64,000 bases of DNA, from contig NW_005201092.1 in NCBI RefSeq assembly GCF_000372725.1, positions 594,564-658,563 on the forward strand. Reading direction: 5' to 3'. The notes under the pieces were generated by a model, which saw only the letters and a program-made list of their open reading frames with translations, searched no databases and was not told where the DNA came from. Both the position numbers and the translations under genes were made by a program. Positions 61,844 through 64,000 of this stretch are shown in pieces. How positions within the stretch are numbered: position 1 is the first letter of the stretch; every line of letters starts with the position of its first letter. Origin of the DNA: Emiliania huxleyi CCMP1516 (lineage: Eukaryota).

Positions 61844-62305
61844 TTAGCTGTTGGCAGCGAGTGACGATATGACCGACCTCGTGATGTCACCAAAGCGGTA
61901 CTGGCTAACCCGCCGTGCTAAGCCGCGTGTCCAGTCACCAAACTCGTAGTCCTGATTGCCAGTCACGGCGCGTACCACGCTAGCTGTGAGATCGCCGAAC
62001 CTGTAGCGCCACTCCTCCTCGCTCGTCTCACCCTCGTCCGCAGCGCGCTCTTCCTGCATTCTCCGAAGGTCATCGTCGTATGCCGCCTTGTGAGTGCTCA
62101 TCAGCACTTCATACGCGCCCTGCACCCTCTTGAAGGCCTCGCTCGCATCCGGCGAGTCATTCTTGTCGGGATGCACGAGCAGCGCGCAGTCGTTCCGAGC
62201 CCGACGGATTTCCTCCACGTCGTCAGTGAAGGCGGGGAGATTGAGCACCTCGTACAGGTCTCTCGCCTGCAGGATGCGATCGACGGCTTGCACGGCTGAT
62301 GGCAT
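61844..62305 (-). CDS. Small DnaJ-domain protein with three YxFGD repeats
   Basis: DLYEVLNL...ALLVHPDKN...ASEAFKRVQGAYEVL; YRFGDLT, YEFGDWT, YRFGDIT. Confidence 0.88.
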   Translation of the reverse strand: MPSAVQAVDRILQARDLYEVLNLPAFTDDVEEIRRARNDCALLVHPDKNDSPDASEAFKRVQGAYEVLMSTHKAAYDDDLRRMQEERAADEGETSEEEWRYRFGDLTASVVRAVTGNQDYEFGDWTRGLARRVSQYRFGDITRSVISSLAANS

Positions 62306-63225
62306 TCGATCCTGTAGAGTCCTTACCCAAGTACGTCAACGTGTCGCCGTCCGTCCCGCCGTCGTCTCCGCCGCCTCCAGCGGAGGTGTGCGTGCATGCG
62401 ATCCCGTTCCAGGCGTGTCCGGCATACCTGGGGAGGTGGAGGTGCAGCGTCCAAGAGCAGATTGTTCTTACTGCCTTGGGGCAGGGGTTCGAGGAGGGAG
62501 CCTGCGAGTTCCCCGAAGGGGGCAGCTTCCTGGAGATGGGCGGAAACAACGGCCTGCACGAGAGCAACACCCGTTGCCTGGAGGCGTATTTTGGCTGGAG
62601 CGGGTACCTCATCGAGGCAAACCCGCAGCTGTATCGGGACTTGTGCCGCAACCGCCCAAAGGCGGTTGGGATGAGCCTTGCCGTATGTCCACGCGCAGGG
62701 ACGGTGAATCTCACCATACCTGTGCGCCACAAGGACCGTTACGGACGCAAGAACGGCACGTTTGCAGCGGCACCAGCTGCGGGGATTGCTGAGTACTTTG
62801 GCCGTGCGCACAATGCGACCTTCCGCGTCGACGATGCCGCAGTCACGCGGCAGGTCCCATGCCTGCCCCTCCACTCAATCATCTTGGGCAACCAGGGCCT
62901 GGACTACCTTAGCGTCGACGTGGAGGGCGCGGAGATGATGGCACTGCAAACCTTCCCGTGGGAGCGCATCAAGCCTCGAGTCGTCGGCGTGGAGCAGAGC
63001 GCCGATTCTCAACCAAAGAACGCGGCAGTCAGAGGCCTGCTGAGGGAGAATGGCTACGCGCTGGTGGGAACGGCGGTGACTTGGTAAGCCTACACCCAAC
63101 CCCTTCCCTTCCTCCCACCCCCGCTGATAAAGACGTGGCGCGTGCGCAGGAACGGCCACATTGGAGACGAGTTCTTCATGCCCCGCGCGCTCGTCGGGCG
63201 AGGCTCGCTCGAAAGAATTGGTTGA
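62299..63225 (+). CDS. FkbM-family (Methyltransf_21) methyltransferase; intron 63084-63149
   Basis: GSFLEMGGNNGLHESNT, GWSGYLIEANP, LDYLSVDVEGAE, VVGVE; the GT-AG intron gives a terminal GDEFF. Start uncertain. Confidence 0.85.
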
Positions 63226-63292
63226 GCGTAGCTTTCAAGCGTTTGTTCGCACACGCAGACGCGATTTTCCCTTTGTTTTTGAGAGCGCCTGC

Positions 63293-63843
63293 AGAAAGAA
63301 AGAAAGAAAACAGACAACCCAAGGGAGGGATGGGAGGACGGAAAGCCGCCACAACAAAAGAAAGAAAGAAAGAAAACAGACAACCCAAGGGAGGGATGGG
63401 AGGACGGCACGCCGCCACCACACAGGGATTTTAAGGAGAGGAGTGTGATGCGCTAGCCGTCGCCCACCCTAGGGAGTCTGCCTCTTCCTATCTCTTTTCG
63501 CAGTCTCTCGCCGATTCTCGCTGCAACCTTCATGCCACCTCGCGGCCGTCCCATTCTCGTCGTTCTCTCCCTTGTCACTTCCTCCGTCGCGTCATTCTCT
63601 TCCGCCTCGTCCTGCGCCGCCGCCGCCTGCCGTTCCCTTGTTCTCTCGGCTTCTTTCGCCTTTCGGCGCAGCTCCGCCCTCCTTGCTGCATATCCTGGCC
63701 CCTCGAGTCTATCGAGCTCCCCTCGCGCAAGGACCACATTTCTGACTCCCACTCCGATCATTTGCCTACAGGTCATGTTGTTGCTCAGGTCCACTCTCTC
63801 TTCGAAGACTCGTGACAACAGCCGCCACAACACAGGGATTTTT
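63293..63843 (-). mobile_element. Nested pair of (CTTT)n-tailed copies: 463-bp copy (63357-63819) inside an older short copy
   Basis: 13-bp TSD AGCCGCCACAACA at 63344-63356 and 63820-63832; joining the flanks rebuilds the family 3' UTR. Confidence 0.9.
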
Positions 63844-63944
63844 ATTCGATCGAGCGTTTCTTTTTACTCGAGTTCACACGCTGGCGGTGGGCGCACACTT
63901 CCGCGCTCCTGCCCTCTTCGCGAGACTCATCCAGAGCCGCCACC

Positions 63945-64000
63945 ATGGCCGACCAGCACAAGGCAGCCGGCAACGAGTCCTTCAAGGAGGGCCGCTACGC
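63945..64000 (+). CDS. Start of a TPR protein (STI1/Hop-like), runs off the window
   Basis: GCCGCCACCATGG Kozak context; MADQHKAAGNESFKEGRY is a typical first TPR helix. Confidence 0.65.
   Translation, partial: MADQHKAAGNESFKEGRY

Overview
GC-rich, intron-containing eukaryotic nuclear DNA. Frequent GC-AG introns, 10-12-bp intronic minisatellites and the gene content suggest a haptophyte alga of the Emiliania/Gephyrocapsa type; this is an inference. About 17 genes are supported: PUS3-type pseudouridine synthase (partial), F-box/RCC1, glycosyltransferase-like, Sen1-type helicase, F-box/Kelch, RPN8, DUF1279, a ~2,580-aa CUB-like/beta-helix/Cys-rich multipass receptor with tandem cytoplasmic TIR-like domains, SDHAF3 head-to-head with a probably mitochondrial pyruvate kinase, an HMG/SAP-like/HNH-like protein, two hypothetical proteins, a MACPF perforin-like protein, SCAPER, DnaJ, FkbM and a partial TPR protein. 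Intergenic DNA holds many small mobile-element insertions with readable target-site duplications (TSDs): several microsatellite-tailed retroposon families (one carrying a SET-domain fragment, one nested in itself, two sitting divergently just upstream of start codons), a restriction-like endonuclease (RLE) fragment and two MITEs. Several introns are flanked by, or contain, 18-31-bp copies of the adjacent exon edge. All domain calls are by eye from motifs; no searches were run.
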